From positions 1-25,522 of the forward strand of contig CAZFDQ010000215.1 in NCBI GenBank assembly GCA_964518205.1: a stretch of 25,522 nucleotides of DNA, given 5' to 3'. The position numbers and the translations under genes are program-made. The notes under the pieces were generated by a model. It saw only the letters and a program-made list of their open reading frames with translations, had not been told where the DNA came from and did not search any database. The stretch is from an uncultured Pseudomonadota bacterium (GTDB lineage: Bacteria > Babelota > Babeliae > Babelales > UASB340). Of this stretch, positions 24,020 to 25,522 are shown one piece after another (position 1 is the first letter of the stretch; each line of letters starts with the position of its first letter).

Positions 24020-24970
24020 GTGAAGTATAAAATTGTTGCAAACAAAAGTTCAAAAATAGCACATAATATATCAAAAAGTTTGAGCATAGATATTATAACA
24101 GCAACAGTTGATAGTTTTGCTGATACAGAGGGTATTGCAAAAATATCTGAGCCAGATCAAATTTTTGACAATACAATTTTGTTGGTTCAGCAGTTTTTCT
24201 TTTATCCAAAAAATGTAAAAGGCAATTCTATAAACAACCAAATATTTAACATTTTATTATTGGTTGATCTTATAAAAAAACTTGGATCAAAAAAGATTAT
24301 TGCAGTTCTGCCATATCTTCCATATTGTAGGCATGATAAATCGGATTATGGTAATTTTTTAGGTGCCATAAGTTTACTTGAAAGAATTTTTGCTGCTGCT
24401 GGTATTGATGAGGTTATTTCTGTTGATTTGCATGTATCAAGCATGAAAAAAGAGTTTAATTTTCCTTTGCACGAAGTTTTATTAACAAATTTTTGGGCAG
24501 ATTTTTTAAAAACTTCCGATTCAAAACTATTTGATGTTGATGATGAATATTGTTTAGTATCACCTGACATGGGGCATCTTCCAAAAGCCAAAAGCTTGGC
24601 AAAAATTTTGGATAAAAATTTTGCCTATATAGAAAAGAAAAGAGTAGGGCCTGATCAGGCAAAAGCTTTAGAGCTTGTTGGTGAAGTTGATGGCAAAGTT
24701 GTAGTTGTGGTTGACGATATTTTAGATACAGCAAGAACGGCTGTAAATGCTTGTGATATGTTGTTAAAAAATGGAGCTAAAAAAATTATCGGATGTTTTG
24801 CTCACGGAGTTTTAACCGAAGGTGCTATTGAGAGATTGGAAAGTAGTAAATTTGAGAAAATTTTTGTAACAAATACAGTTCAACTTGAAGATGATGTAAA
24901 AGGGTGCGATAAGATTACTATTTTGCCAATAGATGGTGTTTTGAGTAATTTTGTAAAGAGTTTGATTTAG
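24020..24970 (+). CDS. prs: Ribose-phosphate pyrophosphokinase family protein, divergent
   Basis: FADTE, LPYLPYCRHDK, VDLH, VSPDMG, IEKKR, GEVDGK.VVVVDDILDTART, HGVL, VTNTV. GTG 24020 follows SD GGAGGG; the track's ATG 23972 lies in a hairpin with no SD. Confidence 0.85.
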   Translation: MKYKIVANKSSKIAHNISKSLSIDIITATVDSFADTEGIAKISEPDQIFDNTILLVQQFFFYPKNVKGNSINNQIFNILLLVDLIKKLGSKKIIAVLPYLPYCRHDKSDYGNFLGAISLLERIFAAAGIDEVISVDLHVSSMKKEFNFPLHEVLLTNFWADFLKTSDSKLFDVDDEYCLVSPDMGHLPKAKSLAKILDKNFAYIEKKRVGPDQAKALELVGEVDGKVVVVVDDILDTARTAVNACDMLLKNGAKKIIGCFAHGVLTEGAIERLESSKFEKIFVTNTVQLEDDVKGCDKITILPIDGVLSNFVKSLI

Positions 24971-24972
24971 AA

Positions 24973-25518
24973 ATGGAAGAGTTTAATAAAACAAATATAA
25001 AAGCAATAATCGGTCTGGGAAATCCAGGGCAAAAATATTATAAAAATCGTCACAACATTGGTTTTAGAATTGTTGATGAATTAGCAAGCAGATTTGGGGC
25101 TACATGGCAAAGTTCTGATGTTATGGAATTGGCAGAGGTTGCAATACCTTTAGAAGATGGAACATTGCAAAAAGTTTATTTAATAAAACCTAAAACTTTT
25201 ATGAATGCTTCGGGTCGTGTTATTCCGTTTTTAGCAAAAAAAGGGATAAAAGCAGATCAAATTCTTGTTATTCATGATGAACTTGAAAAAAAATTTGGAC
25301 ACATGATGATTAGGCCGGGTGGTAGCGCGCGTGGACACAACGGCTTGCGCTCAATTATAGGGATGATGGGACAAGATTTTTGGAGGTTTCGTTTTGGCAT
25401 TGGCCGACCTGAAGATAAAGCCGATGTTTCAAATTATGTTCTTTCTAATTTCTTACCTGAAGAAGAAAAAAAGATTGATGTATTGATTTCTCAAGCTGTT
25501 GATCTGGTTTTAGGATAA
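24973..25518 (+). CDS. pth: Peptidyl-tRNA hydrolase
   Basis: IIGLGNPG..Y...RHNIGF, KPKTFMNASG, IHDEL, GGSARGHNGLRSI, RFRFGIGRP; complete with TAA at 25516-25518. Confidence 0.97.
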   Translation: MEEFNKTNIKAIIGLGNPGQKYYKNRHNIGFRIVDELASRFGATWQSSDVMELAEVAIPLEDGTLQKVYLIKPKTFMNASGRVIPFLAKKGIKADQILVIHDELEKKFGHMMIRPGGSARGHNGLRSIIGMMGQDFWRFRFGIGRPEDKADVSNYVLSNFLPEEEKKIDVLISQAVDLVLG

Positions 25519-25522
25519 ATTT

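Noticed and set aside
971-24734. Short overlapping ORFs in the track (e.g. 971-1222, 2169-2381, 3275-3475, 3333-3548, 6196-6456, 6397-6627, 8053-8250, 10420-10617, 12048-12233, 12282-12500, 14532-14729, 17165-17437, 19219-19554, 19415-19669, 19790-20014, 20239-20601, 22523-22903, 22771-22971, 23297-23605, 24346-24591, 24456-24734)
   Set aside because: Antisense or alternate-frame shadows of well-supported genes, with no recognisable motifs.

Overview
AT-rich bacterial chromosomal window, mostly housekeeping and cell-envelope genes: a 5'-partial Jag-like gene, mnmE, a C39-like peptidase, alaS, an Amidase_3 protein, an nfeD/SPFH pair, uvrC, an M23 peptidase, pilO-pilP-pilQ-like genes, comM, acpS, a HerA-like ATPase, skp, lpxD, prs and pth, plus several orphan proteins with signal peptides. 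Gene content and style suggest Candidatus Dependentiae (TM6/Babeliae); this is inference from recall, not a database result. The most interesting signals are not in the ORF track. (1) A 513-bp internally deleted IS1202-family element with TGT...ACA ends and a perfect 16-bp target duplication that includes the alaS stop codon. (2) Two unrelated GC-rich palindromic elements inserted in frame inside uvrC (120 bp = 40 aa; 60 bp = 20 aa, the latter apparently one copy nested in another), resembling Rickettsia palindromic elements; this UvrC also lacks its C-terminal HhH domain. (3) Two more REP/REPIN-like families in intergenic DNA: a GTCATCC...GGATCCA family at three sites and a 261-bp dyad with 89-bp arms that each carry three hairpins. 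No cognate transposase for the palindromes is in the window. No rRNA, tRNA or CRISPR array was found. Start codons were adjusted where an SD motif or family N-terminus supported a shorter ORF. All family assignments come from motif recognition by eye; no searches were run.
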